Shown piece by piece: positions 26,992 to 40,332 of a stretch of 64,000 nt of DNA. A program made the translations under genes and the position numbers. The notes beneath the pieces are model-generated. The model ran no database searches. It was not told the DNA's origin and worked only from the letters and a program-made list of their open reading frames with translations. Origin of the DNA: Eledone cirrhosa (Eukaryota); contig OZ024743.1 of the NCBI GenBank assembly GCA_964016885.1, forward strand, positions 114,328,001 through 114,392,000, given 5' to 3'. Within the stretch, counting starts at the first letter, position 1, and each line of letters opens with the position of its first letter.

Positions 26992-27240
26992 TTTCTCTGT
27001 ATAAAATGTATAAAAGGTAGGAAATTTACCCATCTCATTACAGTTGAAAATTGCAAACTCGACTGTCACCACATATCATGAACCTGAAGATTGCGAAAGC
27101 ATGAAAGTACTTGTTCAATTAACACTTAGAATTTAATATTCTATCATACTATTTCATTATAATACCATTATATATATTTTAAAGGATTGTAAATAAAACG
27201 AGTAAATCAGACAAAGTTGGAATTCCTCTTATTAATATAA
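26992..27240 (+). repeat. 5' pLTR of PLE3
   Basis: 249-bp direct repeat at offset 4202. Confidence 0.95.
27079..27117 (+). ncRNA. Minimal type I hammerhead ribozyme
   Basis: TGAAC-CTGAAGA-TTGC(GAAA)GCAT-GAAA-GTAC-TT-GTTCA; stem III is the palindrome AGTACT. Confidence 0.88.
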
Positions 27241-27321
27241 TCTTCTATACACAATCATACACACCCGTGTATATTTACCTATCTATATCTATATATATAT
27301 TCCTATTGTGTATATGCCAAC

Positions 27322-28671
27322 ATGTCTGGAAAGCAACAAATGAAACCAACAGAATCAGAAAGAATTCTAAAGGAGATATCATCGAAATTATCAACACTTA
27401 TCACGATGATGGACACACAATCCTCTATTTTAAAGGAAATAGAAAAACAATCTACAGACGGAAAACTTATAACTGAACATATAAACTCTGAAATTAAGAA
27501 TTTAGCTGAAATTATACCAACAGTTATCAAAGATACAAGAGAAAGCCTACCACAACCCCCTTGGATGTCAGAAATAAACGAAAGAAATTTGGAAAACAAA
27601 ACACATCGAATAAGAAAAGAAATGTGGAAGACATGGAAAAAATTCCTTAACATAAGAAAACAAAATTTCTGGAAAGCATACAGATGCGAAAAATATGTCG
27701 AAACACATTCGAAATGGCTCTCTCTAACGGCACCCATACTCCCTCGTAAATACCTAATTACAGAAATTGCAGGAGAACCAGAAGAAGAAACAAAACTCCG
27801 ATGGGAACTTACATTGACAAAATTCAGGACCGACATCTCCATTTCTGAATGTAAACAATCCCGCTACAAAGCCAAATATGAAGCTATTGATGACCAAATT
27901 GAAGTTGAAATTTCAAAGCTAACGACTGGTATTATAGCTGAAAAACTACGAGAACTATGGATCGGAGATATCTCAAAAGAAGAAAACAAATCAAGAAAGG
28001 TATGGCAGCAGAAACAATTATTTCTCGATGAATATGCTGCAAATTACGGTAAAGACTCTGGAACCCTGAGAAAAAGCATTAAAAGTGGACAATCTCATCA
28101 ACACAACATACGCCAGAACACGTGCCAACACAAACACTCACCTTACCTTGAATCAAAGAAGAACTACGGTAATAACTCTTCGCTTTTTCTACAAAAACAC
28201 CCTATCGCACACAACATGAACAAAAAGCACAAACACGATAGGTATTCCTTTGACCAGACCATGAGAAGTAGTAAAACCAGGAGATCATTCTCAAGATCTC
28301 AACAGAGACTACCAACAAGGAATGTGGAAACAAAACGTAGAATAACCAGATCACTCTCAAGATCTCAACAGAGATTGCCCACAAGAAACTGGACGAAAAA
28401 ACGATCTAAACCTGAAAGCAAACCTAGGTCATTTTCCCAGATTGTTAAAAATAATGCTAACAGGAAGAAAAATAATATACAGAATACCAAAAATAGGACA
28501 AAATACATAACGAAACCAAATATAATATCACGACCAAAAGTTCATCAAGCGAACACCAACAGGAATATAAATCCTGAACAGAGAAAAATTCATTTTTTAA
28601 CGTCAGGACAACAAAAACCGGAAAAAGAAAAACTCCAGGAGGAAACATACCCAAAACAGCTGTACACGTAG
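27322..28671 (+). CDS. PLE3 ORF1, 449 aa: helical/coiled-coil-like N-terminus and a basic RS-rich C-terminus
   Basis: Long open frame in non-repetitive DNA between the pLTR and the RT; heptad-like ILKEISSKLSTLITMMDTQSSILKEIE; duplicated RSxSRSQQRLPTRN. Confidence 0.8.
   Translation: MSGKQQMKPTESERILKEISSKLSTLITMMDTQSSILKEIEKQSTDGKLITEHINSEIKNLAEIIPTVIKDTRESLPQPPWMSEINERNLENKTHRIRKEMWKTWKKFLNIRKQNFWKAYRCEKYVETHSKWLSLTAPILPRKYLITEIAGEPEEETKLRWELTLTKFRTDISISECKQSRYKAKYEAIDDQIEVEISKLTTGIIAEKLRELWIGDISKEENKSRKVWQQKQLFLDEYAANYGKDSGTLRKSIKSGQSHQHNIRQNTCQHKHSPYLESKKNYGNNSSLFLQKHPIAHNMNKKHKHDRYSFDQTMRSSKTRRSFSRSQQRLPTRNVETKRRITRSLSRSQQRLPTRNWTKKRSKPESKPRSFSQIVKNNANRKKNNIQNTKNRTKYITKPNIISRPKVHQANTNRNINPEQRKIHFLTSGQQKPEKEKLQEETYPKQLYT
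28593..28599 (+). promoter_or_regulatory. Candidate -1 ribosomal frameshift slippery heptamer T TTT TTA
   Basis: In the ORF1 frame the codons are CAT TTT TTA; the -1 frame is closed by TGA at 28575-28577 and open from 28578 through ORF2. Confidence 0.65.
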
Positions 28672-30905
28672 ATCCTAAAATAATTAATTTATCTAAAAGA
28701 GATCTTGACAATGATGAAATGCAAATTCTGTCAAAAGGACTGAAATTCACACCGACTCCAACAGTCAACCACCAAGAACTGAAGGAGGATACCCAAGAAT
28801 TCTGTCGAAAATTACGTCTTGTAGAATTCTTCGCTGATAAAAATAATGAGAGTGATGAATCACTAGTAAAGAATAAATCAAATTTCACTCCGCCAAAAGG
28901 AAGAAATATCTATCTCGACCAATACATTGACATCCTGTCTAAATTTCCTCTTAGACATAATACTAATGTTAGGCCAAACATTAACAAATCAGAAATGTCT
29001 GCACTTAAACGTATACAAAATGATAAAACAATAATAATTAAACAAGCAGATAAAGGGGGTGCAGTTGTTATAATGGATACTGAATACTACAAGGATTTGG
29101 TTGAGGAACAACTGAAAGACACAACATTCTATCATGAAATACCGTCAAATATAGACCACAACATCATGAAGAAGATCAACAACCTGGCTTCAAAATACCA
29201 CAACTCATTTACTGATAAGGAAAGAGACTACATCACCAATTTTGAGCCGAAACCCAGCAACCTGTATGGCCTACCGAAAGTTCACAAGTCAAAAGAAATA
29301 CAACTGGCAGTAAGAGAACAAAACAGTGAGTACATTAAATTATTACACCCAAAAGACTTAAAACTTAGACCTATTATAGCTGGTCCAACATGCCCCACTC
29401 ACCGTCTAAGCAATTTTGTTGACATTATTTTGAAACCACTATGTATTCACATACCCAGTTTCATCCGGGATGATATCGACTTCCTGTCCCATCTTCCCAA
29501 AACCACGGAAACGAATTCACTTCTACTCAGTTTTGATGTGGTAAGCCTTTACACCAACATTACACATGATTTAAGAATAAAGGCGGTTAAATACTGGGTG
29601 GAAAAACATAGAGAAGTGATTCCCATTAGATTCACAGCGCCATTTATATTAGACGCAGTTAAACTTATTCTGGAAAATAACACTTTCTTCTTCAATGGAA
29701 AGAATTACATCCAAATTAGAGGCACAGCGATGGGAACGAAGTTTGCTCCCGTTTACGCGAACTCTGTAATGGGATACTTAGAACAACAACTCTACCAAGA
29801 AATAGAGGAAAAATATAGTACTGACTTTAGAAAGTACATTGAAAAATCTTGGAAGAGATACCTTGACGACTGTTTCATCATCTGGACAGAATCTCTAGAT
29901 ACTCTGGATGAGTTCAATATCCTCCTGAATAACCTACACCCATCTCTCCAATTCACAAAAGAGATGAGTAGGACCAAATTACCATTCCTAGATATAATGA
30001 TAATCAAAAACGACACCACCATTACCACGGATATATATTATAAACACACAGACACCCATCAATATCTGAATTTTAAGTCGTGCCATCCACCTCATACAAA
30101 ACGCAACATCCCATACTGCCTAGCCAGAAGAATTTGTACCATTGTAGAAGATACGAATACCAGGTACAAACGCCTAACAGAACTAAGAGAATTTTTGCTC
30201 AAACAAAAATACCCATCTCTACTTATAGAAAATGGCATACAGCGGGCTATAAAAATACCTATACAACAACTTAGAACAACCCAAAGAAGAAGAAACCAAG
30301 AACTGGTCATACCATTTATAATGACACACAACCCATGTCACCAGAATATCTTCAACACTGCCAAAGCAAACCTACCGATCATTGCTCAAAGTAATGAATT
30401 AAAAGGCTTAATCACAGATCGATCTTTGACTCTTAGTAAAAGACAGCCAAAAAATTTGAAGCAATTGCTAACAAAAGCAAAGTTTGACCTTAACAACAAA
30501 GACCAATCATTCACTGTATCTAAATGCAATAATAATCGATGCGGCACATGTCAATCCATACACGCCGGTCAATATATGAAAACAAAAACTGGAAAAATAT
30601 TCACAAATGCAAATATGAACTGCAAAAGCAGAAATCTAATTTACTGCATTAAATGCCCGAATTGTGAAGAACTATATGTCGGTCAAACTGGAAATGCACT
30701 ATCGGAACGTGCACCGGTACACCGTCAACAAATCAGAGACCCAAATGTCCGTCAGATACCCCTAAGCGGCCACCTGGCAACATGTGGTCAGGGAATATTT
30801 ATAATATTCCCATTCTACAAATTACACAGCCCAAATGAAATCAAGAGAAAAATCAAAGAAAAGAATTTTATTGATAAATTCAAACCCAAGCTAAATGAAC
30901 AATAA
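28599..30905 (+). CDS. PLE3 ORF2: reverse transcriptase + Cys linker + GIY-YIG endonuclease (first Met at 28719; the frame is open from 28578)
   Basis: KIINLSKRDL..EMQILSKGLKFTP; ADKGG; LYGLPKVHK; LRPII; SFDVVSLYTNI; GTAMGTKFAP; RYLDD; LPFLD; CNNNRCGTC; NLIYCIKCPNC..YVGQT..R..H; E..FI..F.P.LN. Confidence 0.95.
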   Translation, partial: NVRTTKTGKRKTPGGNIPKTAVHVDPKIINLSKRDLDNDEMQILSKGLKFTPTPTVNHQELKEDTQEFCRKLRLVEFFADKNNESDESLVKNKSNFTPPKGRNIYLDQYIDILSKFPLRHNTNVRPNINKSEMSALKRIQNDKTIIIKQADKGGAVVIMDTEYYKDLVEEQLKDTTFYHEIPSNIDHNIMKKINNLASKYHNSFTDKERDYITNFEPKPSNLYGLPKVHKSKEIQLAVREQNSEYIKLLHPKDLKLRPIIAGPTCPTHRLSNFVDIILKPLCIHIPSFIRDDIDFLSHLPKTTETNSLLLSFDVVSLYTNITHDLRIKAVKYWVEKHREVIPIRFTAPFILDAVKLILENNTFFFNGKNYIQIRGTAMGTKFAPVYANSVMGYLEQQLYQEIEEKYSTDFRKYIEKSWKRYLDDCFIIWTESLDTLDEFNILLNNLHPSLQFTKEMSRTKLPFLDIMIIKNDTTITTDIYYKHTDTHQYLNFKSCHPPHTKRNIPYCLARRICTIVEDTNTRYKRLTELREFLLKQKYPSLLIENGIQRAIKIPIQQLRTTQRRRNQELVIPFIMTHNPCHQNIFNTAKANLPIIAQSNELKGLITDRSLTLSKRQPKNLKQLLTKAKFDLNNKDQSFTVSKCNNNRCGTCQSIHAGQYMKTKTGKIFTNANMNCKSRNLIYCIKCPNCEELYVGQTGNALSERAPVHRQQIRDPNVRQIPLSGHLATCGQGIFIIFPFYKLHSPNEIKRKIKEKNFIDKFKPKLNEQ

Positions 30906-31193
30906 TAACGCCTAGGGGTATTACTTCTACTACCACTATGACCACGACCACTAACAACAACAACAACAACAATAATAATAATAATAAAAGTGATGTTGAT
31001 GGTGATGATTAATAGAAAAGGCTATTTTCATCATTTCAAAAAAGCAAAACAATTGATACGTTGGATATGACTATTGGTCGTTAGCATGTTCAACCAGCCG
31101 TGACGCTTAAACCAATCAGCTGTAGTAATTCAGTGAAACTACACACTGATTGGTCGAAATACAGTTTACAGGGCTTTGCATTCTGGAGCCACT

Positions 31194-31436
31194 TTTCTCT
31201 GTATAAAATGTATAAAAGGTAGGAAATTTACCCATCTCATTACAGTTGAAAATTGCAAACTCGACTGTCACCACATATCATGAACCTGAAGATTGCGAAA
31301 GCATGAAAGTACTTGTTCAATTAACACTTAGAATTTAATATTCTATCATACTATTTCATTATAATACCATTATATATATTTTAAAGGATTGTAAATAAAA
31401 CGAGTAAATCAGACAAAGTTGGAATTCCTCTTATTA

Positions 31437-31442
<6 letters not shown>
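31194..31442 (+). repeat. 3' pLTR of PLE3 (CCAAT-like motifs at about 31111 and 31150 just upstream; TATA-like TATAAAA inside)
   Basis: Direct repeat of 26992-27240. Confidence 0.95.
31281..31319 (+). ncRNA. Minimal type I hammerhead ribozyme (3' pLTR of PLE3)
   Basis: Identical to 27079-27117. Confidence 0.88.
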
Positions 31443-31477
<35 letters not shown>

Positions 31478-31623
31478 TACACATACAAACACAGACATAT
31501 ACATAAATATACACATATATACAAACATATATACGCATATATACACACATATATACATATATATACACGCATACACACATACACACACACACACAAATAT
31601 ATATACACACACTCTCTCTCACG

Positions 31624-31795
<172 letters not shown>

Positions 31796-31796
31796 T

Positions 31797-31845
<49 letters not shown>

Positions 31846-32227
31846 CATATACATATATACATACATACACATACACATACATACACATATATACACATAT
31901 ACATATATATATATACACACATATATATACATATATGCATATATATATACATACATAAATATACACACATAAAACACATATACACACATACATATACATA
32001 TAAACATACACATACATATACACACATACACACAAATATATACACATACAAATAAATAAGTACTCAATAAATATACGCATACACGCAGGCACATAAAAAC
32101 ACCTCTACAGGCAGAAAATGTAGATAGGAAAGAGGTACTCACATAACCATAGTGGCCGTATTTCAGGTTGAGGAGGGGTGGGGTAGGGTGGGAAGGAGGT
32201 ATAGGGGCCAATAGGGGGAGGTCGTAT

Positions 32228-32644
32228 TTAGCCATCGGGCTTTAACACTGGCTTAAAGTGTTTGAAAGTTGCAAAGTTCTTGTGCATGCAGTTCGGGCAG
32301 TGTTCAGAGAGTTTGTTCCGTAGCGGGCCCTTGGCGAATAACATTTCGTAGCTCTCTGAAATACAAAGGACGCAGCCCTTGTGTCCTCCGTTGTAAGAGC
32401 GCGCTTTCTGGAGTATTTTCCATTTAAGCGTGAAGGGGGTGGAGTTCCTTTTGAGGTACCAAACGTAGGAGGCGAGTGTTGTCTGATTTGATTTGTCCGG
32501 TCTCCTGAAGGAGTGGGTATGGGCATACCAACGGGTCTTAAAGTTGTTGGAGGTCATGCCGATGTAAGTTTTTTTGCAATCCTCGGTGCCTGAGATGACA
32601 TCGCATTTGTATACGATATCATTTGTGAGGCATTTGTTTTCAGC
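32228..32644 (-). pseudogene. PLE4: 5'-truncated Naiad-like GIY-YIG endonuclease
   Basis: ENKCLTNDIVYKCDV..TYIGMTSNNFKTRWYAHTHSF..TTLASYVWYLK..CVLCISE..CMH. Confidence 0.88.
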
Positions 32645-32776
32645 TTTTAATGAATTCGTTTTTAGCTTTTAATGAATTCCCTTTTCTATCAACCAATGAC
32701 CTACACCCATCCCACTCCCCACCCTCTCCTACCACTTGAAGAGACCTATAAATACCATATTTATTTTTTGATACCC

Positions 32777-32827
32777 AGATTCCTGATGATTTCTAAAGAA
32801 TGAAACAGTTCTAGTCCTGTAGAATCT
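32777..32827 (+). ncRNA. Type I hammerhead ribozyme in the inverted pLTR piece (32643-32843)
   Basis: AGATTC-CTGATGA-TTTCTAAAGAAT-GAAA-CAGTTCTAGTCCTG-TA-GAATCT; CCAAT (about 32693) and TATAAA (about 32747) lie upstream. Confidence 0.88.
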
Positions 32828-32839
32828 CATCTATATTAA

Positions 32840-32922
<83 letters not shown>

Positions 32923-33057
32923 TATATATATATATATATATTTGAAAAGACGGACATAGAGGAAAAGTCATCGAAAACAGATTGAATATTATAGGCGTGG
33001 GATTTACAGAGATTTTCTCAACAGATGTATATATGTTCCATATAACCATGTCCATTA

Positions 33058-33095
33058 CGAGCTGAGGATCCGCTAAGGTGAAACAATTGTTCTCG
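33058..33095 (+). ncRNA. Minimal hammerhead ribozyme in an orphan pLTR end (32941-33199)
   Basis: CGAG-CTGAGGA-TCCGCTAAGGT-GAAA-CAATTG-TT-CTCG; palindrome ACAATTGT. Confidence 0.82.
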
Positions 33096-33195
33096 GTAGT
33101 ATGGTGAACTCACTGTTGTGTAACCACTCCTACCTAACTCGTCCCATGGACTGAGTGCTCTACTACTACGGATATTCCCTTCCAGTGTTCTACCA

Positions 33196-33332
<137 letters not shown>

Positions 33333-33379
33333 TATATATATATGCATATATATATATATGCATATATATATATATATGC

Positions 33380-33416
<37 letters not shown>

Positions 33417-33446
33417 CATATATGCATATATATATATATATATATA

Positions 33447-33534
<88 letters not shown>

Positions 33535-33687
33535 TAAGATGTATGGTAGGTCGTATGTGAATCGCGATGATCACGTCTGACTTACCAAATATGTGACGGT
33601 AGCTAGTTAAGCTCTATGCGTATACGCAGAGCAGAAATATTAGTGAAAAAGAACAAAGGAACTATTATGACATTATAACAAGTTTAT

Positions 33688-33734
33688 TGCCGACAGCCGT
33701 TTCGTCCGACCCCATGGTGGGACTTATCAAGGCA
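33688..33734 (-). ncRNA. Hammerhead ribozyme, U3-A8 core variant, in an orphan tail (about 33533-34690)
   Basis: TGCC-TTGATAA-GTCC..GGAC-GAAA-CGGCTG-TC-GGCA, followed by AATAAA. Confidence 0.7.
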
Positions 33735-34729
33735 TATAACATGTGATTGCAAGATCATTGTTTACATCAACGTATCACTGAAGGCTAGAAGTTTGAAATT
33801 GTGGTATACATCAGCAACTCCGCTTGTGTAGTTGGGGTCTATATTCTAAGGGGGCTCTTTTATAATAGTTGTTGGGGTCAGGGATTGAAGTTTAAAAATT
33901 AGACAATAATATATAATTTACGCATCAACATTAAACCAAAAGACTTGGGGTCCCGTAGAAGCACCTTAGAAAATCCCTCAATGAGTGCATAAAGCTTACA
34001 GGCTCCAATAAACCTACTAGACTAGAAGAAGATTAAGAGGCTAATAAAATAAAAATAAAAAAAAAATAAAAATAAAAATAAAAATATAAAGTTTCCCTCA
34101 AAAATATATAAAGTTCCTATGAAATTCCTTCTAGAGAAAAAAATTTTTTTTCCGAAAGAAAAAAACCTTCCTCCGAGATCACGTTTACAAAATTCAGAAA
34201 ACTGAATTGAAAACTAAGTTGAAAGAAACTAATCAATTAGAGGTTAATTCAGAGAGCCTTCTATAAATCTCTCAGAAAAGGCCCCTTTAATATTTCCAAT
34301 AGGAACTTCTTCCGAGAGACCCTTCGAAGAATTAAAATTTTAGAGAGCCTCTAAGGATATATATAAAAACGAATTGAGGAAAACTAGACATTAAAAGTTA
34401 AAAATTAAAAAATAAAAAAATAAAAAATTACGGTATTTGGGATATCCGAGGAATTTTCAAAGGGCTGCTTCAACAGATACAACTTAGGCATAATAGATAC
34501 AATAATCTAAGTAATTTAAGTAATTCAATTAGGGAGCAATTCAAGGAGTTTATCAAGTTGGGCAAGATTAAAGAAAGTGGTAAATAAGAAAATACATAAG
34601 CAAAATGACAATAATTATAAAATGTATTTTTAAGAAGGTATAAGGTAGCTTCAGTGATCTAACAGTGTATTATCACAAAAAAAAATTATTCTATATATAT
34701 ATGCATATATATATATATATATATAAATA

Positions 34730-36118
<1,389 letters not shown>

Positions 36119-36242
36119 ATATATATATATATATATATGGCGAGACCGGCAAAGGTGGAAGATGCTGGATGGCGGTCGTCCTCCGGTCTTTGATTTTCAG
36201 CCCCATGGATTTTATCTATTGCATTCACTTATTATATTTCGA

Positions 36243-36300
36243 ATACCTGATGATATCACCGGATTCATACGGAACCCGGTCATTGAAATGATCATAGTAT
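36243..36300 (+). ncRNA. Type I hammerhead ribozyme in an orphan pLTR end (about 36138-36495)
   Basis: ATAC-CTGATGA-..ACCGGATTC/GAACCCGGT..-GAAA-TGATCA-TA-GTAT, then AATAAA. Confidence 0.85.
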
Positions 36301-36501
36301 AATAAACCTTTCAAGGATTTACACAAGTCCAGCCTCCTCTCATTTCAGTATAATATTTAACTCCTTACTAGCACCACCAACTACAAAAAAAGACGGTTGA
36401 ACTGCTTTACGTTGAGTACCCTCCATATTATTACATTAAGATTGACCATACGGAATTGACCAGCTCTATCCAGTGGTGAACCTCAAACCTAAATAAAATA
36501 A

Positions 36502-36594
<93 letters not shown>

Positions 36595-36628
36595 TATATA
36601 TATAAATATATATATGCATATATGTATA

Positions 36629-36747
<119 letters not shown>

Positions 36748-36768
36748 AATAATAATAATAATAATAAT

Positions 36769-37060
36769 AATTGTTTCTACTTTTGGCACAAGGCAAGCAA
36801 TTACCCAGTACATTACTGGTATTTTATTTTATCGACCCCGTAAGGATAAGGAGGAAAGGCAAAGTTAACCTAGGCGGGATTGAACTCAGTCAGTAAAGGG
36901 ACGTAACTCAATTATCTAGGCCAGCAATTATCCAGTGTATTACTGGTACTTTATTTTATCGACCCCGTAAGGATGAAAGGCAAAGTTAACCTCGGCGGGA
37001 TTTGAACTCAGAGCATAAAGGGCCGTAACTCTTTGCTGCTCTACTGATACTGCCAATCCA
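36769..37060 (-). mobile_element. Two adjacent tRNA-SINE copies; the left copy has an (AAT)n tail
   Basis: The reverse SINE core appears twice (about 36830 and about 36960). Confidence 0.85.
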
Positions 37061-37109
37061 ATGATAAACGAAAGATATATACGCTATATCATCTCCATAT
37101 ATATATGTA

Positions 37110-37270
37110 TAACAAATTTAATATAGAAATGGTATCTACCGGACTAGTACTGTTTCATTCGAAGGAAATCATCATGTAGAAGCCATTTGTATATTAAATT
37201 TGTTGTATACACTCTACTAAATTATTGAGTACCTTCCTTACTGTGGTTAACCCCGATTGAACCCGGGACT
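37110..37270. mobile_element. Fold-back end of the 23843/32777 pLTR family with a degenerate HHR
   Basis: Minus-strand TGATGA-TTTCC..AAT-GAAA-CAGTACTAGTCCGG-TA joined to a plus-strand terminus ATTGAGTACC..ACTGTGGTTA..AACCCGG. Confidence 0.6.
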
Positions 37271-37336
37271 CACACATACATATATATATACATATCTGTG
37301 TGTATGTGAGAGAGAGAGAGAGGGGCGAGAGAGAGC

Positions 37337-37429
<93 letters not shown>

Positions 37430-38314
37430 AGATGAATTACCAAAGAACTTGCTGGAATCAAATCATTTATTATTCTTGTTACGTTTCTTTCACGAGAAAA
37501 TTAAGATCGTTAATGCAAACATATTTTTATACATATTGATTTATTCCCATCTGAACCCATTAGGAATGAAAAAAAAAATGAATGAAAATGTTCCATGGAA
37601 TGTAGAATAAAGGAGTATTTTTACTATTATATTCATACCTGCTATGCGATAATATCTCCAGTTTGAGAGTAATCACACTCCTTTATTCTTCATCCCATGG
37701 GACACTTCCATTTTTGTCTTTTTGTTCAGACGGAAATTAATCGATATATAAACAATATGTTAGCATTATCGATCGTAATTTTCTAGTTAACGAAAAAACA
37801 CATGTGATCCTAGCAAGTTCTTTGGTTATTCATTTAACATATATTTATATTCTGTGATGTTGCTTATATTTAGTTTTTCGGATCTTACCTGTTGGATGTT
37901 ATTTTCAGATTTGTTTGGTTTGCATGATTACTAATAGCAACAATACATTGAGCTTTTAATAATATTGTCAAGTCAAAATTGAGTAGCTTTATCCATTCAT
38001 GAACTTCTTCGTGCGCGGGCGCGTGCACGCGTGCGTGCGTGCGTGTGTGCACATACACAGCTGCGTACGGACGTAGACAAACACATACACACACTCACAG
38101 GTACAGCTCTATATAAAACGTTTTTCTGTCTTTCAGATAGAGGCGCTCGATCACCACCTTTTAACACTAATTTATCATACACAAAACGCCAGCATCAACA
38201 GTTTTCTTAGATATGGCGACATGAATAGACCTGTTATTTTCTGTAAAAATATTTTTTTCGTTTTCACCACTGCCCATCTTAATCTTCCTGTTTCTTCTTT
38301 AATATCTCATTCAA

Positions 38315-38350
38315 TTTTCTGATGAAGTACTAGCGTTCGAAACGTTAAAA
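38315..38350 (+). ncRNA. Minimal hammerhead ribozyme
   Basis: TTTT-CTGATGA-AGTACTAGCGTTC-GAAA-CG-TT-AAAA; sibling at 40148. Confidence 0.65.
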
Positions 38351-38423
38351 CGCTTTCCCTCCTATATATGATAATATATTTCTTCACTGTACTGTGTCGT
38401 TTGCTCAGTTATTTCTGTTTGCC

Positions 38424-38502
<79 letters not shown>

Positions 38503-38615
38503 GAGAGATAGAAGGTGGGGGGGGGTCCCGATGTAAATCGGGAGGCCGCCACTGTCAAAAAGGGTACTCAATACACTAGTTGAATATATGTATATTCATT
38601 ATTGTTTATATATTA

Positions 38616-38803
38616 GGGCGGTGGATTGGCAGTATCGGTAGAGAGTCGGACACCATGCTTTGAAGAATAGAGTTACGTCCCTTTATGATCTGAGTTCAAA
38701 TCCCGCCGAGGTTAACTTTGCCTTTCATCCTGACGGGGTCGATAAAATAAAGTACCAGTAATGTACTGTATAAATTGCTGGCCTTGTGCTAAAAATAGAA
38801 ACA
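38616..38803 (+). mobile_element. tRNA-derived SINE with an 18-bp TSD, inserted in a pLTR end
   Basis: TSD ATTATTGTTTATATATTA at 38598-38615 and 38804-38821; host pLTR pieces at 38530-38597 and from 38822 (degenerate HHR at about 38841-38892). Confidence 0.9.
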
Positions 38804-39271
38804 ATTATTGTTTATATATTATATATTTATTATAGAAATGAATTCTACAGGACTAGAATTGTATTTTTTCGTAAGAAATCTTCAGGAAATTAGATAATTT
38901 CGCCAGGTTCGGTATTTATAATAACTTTGGAATGGCTGCTGTGAGAAGTGATTAAAGAGGGATGGATAGATAGAGAGGGATATGGTGCTGTATGTGATGG
39001 AGTGAAGGTGAAGTAGATGGAGTGGTAATAGAAGAGGGTGGGGACGTTGGTGGTAATGGAGGGCGGGGTTTGAATGGGAGGGAGGGTGTGAGAGAAGGGG
39101 AAAGAGAGATTAAGGGTGGGTTTTTGAGAATCTTTTGTTTTGCAGTTTATGAATTCACGCCAAACACAGTTGTTTTTTTGGTGCTAAAGGTCAAGTTGTT
39201 TACCAAAATATATAAATATTTTCATATAAATATATATATACATACACACACATACATACACATACACACAT

Positions 39272-39322
<51 letters not shown>

Positions 39323-39374
39323 ACAGATAAAGGATGATTAACATGGATAAGTGGTATAATAGGGTTTTATTCCA

Positions 39375-39506
39375 AGCATTAACATATGTTTCATCACTTA
39401 ATATGCAATTCATTATGCCTTGAAATCGCCATCATCAATAGTTATTGCGAAATTCGATTTTAAATACACAGAATAATGCAGTCACTAGGCGAATTATCAA
39501 AATACT
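39375..39506 (-). ncRNA. Hammerhead ribozyme, U3-A8 variant with a stem II of about 100 nt
   Basis: AGTATT-TTGATAA-TTCGC...GTGAT-GAAA-CATATG-TT-AATGCT; palindrome ACATATGT. Confidence 0.6.
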
Positions 39507-39674
39507 GATCCTTGAATCAGCAACACAACGGTTTTATATCAAATAACATCAACATCAACATGAAGAATAAAATAAACTGAAAGAAAATTATATACTTGAG
39601 TGGTAATAAAAGATTGGAATATCACTTGGTAAAAATATACAACAGATAAAAAAATATATATACATATATATAAG

Positions 39675-39990
39675 CGAGGTTCGGCTGAAAACTTCATAGG
39701 CTGACCAAACTACTCTTATTCAATGTGACTAAATGAGGTTTATTTTTGAACATAGTCTCCTTGCGGTTCACACATTTCTTTTATCGGTGTTGTAGTGCTT
39801 GGATGCCATTGGTGAAGAAGCCGTCATCATTTTGGTAAAAGAGTCATCAACAGCAGATATGACGTCATCATCACTGCGATACTGTCTCGCAACCAAGTGT
39901 TTTTCATGTTAAGGAACAGATTGGTAGTCAGATGGCGCCAACTCGGGAGAATAGGGAGGGTGATCAACTAGTTCAAAGTCAGTCACATAG
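39675..39990 (-). pseudogene. Mariner transposase 3' fragment with TIR remnant
   Basis: ELVDHPPYSPELAPSDY (YSPDLAP motif); terminal CGAGGTTCGGCTGAAAAC. Confidence 0.85.
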
Positions 39991-40147
39991 AAACAATCAA
40001 CCTTTCTCCCTTTAATCATACCCCACACTGTTTTTCCTGGTGATTCCATATGAATGAAAACATGGATGGACATGTTATTTTTATCTAAAGACATTTTTTC
40101 CAATTCCACCCCGCCCGTCCCTTCAATCTATCTTATTTCTCATCCTT

Positions 40148-40183
40148 TCTTCTGATGAAAGACTAGTGTTCGAAACGTTAAGA
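40148..40183 (+). ncRNA. Minimal hammerhead ribozyme
   Basis: TCTT-CTGATGA-AAGACTAGTGTTC-GAAA-CG-TT-AAGA. Confidence 0.7.
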
Positions 40184-40278
40184 TTCTCTTCCTGCTATTT
40201 AAGGCGTTAACCTAATATATTCCTTCCATATACTGTACTGATTGTGTTGTTATTTCTGTTTACCTTTTACACACACAC

Positions 40279-40332
<54 letters not shown>

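Larger units (their letters stand above)
26992..31442 (+). mobile_element. Penelope-like element PLE3 (Neptune-like), apparently intact, two ORFs
   Basis: Direct pLTRs 26992-27240 and 31194-31442 appear identical by eye; ORF1 and an RT/GIY-YIG ORF2 without internal stops; flanked by (TA)/(CA) microsatellite. Confidence 0.95.
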
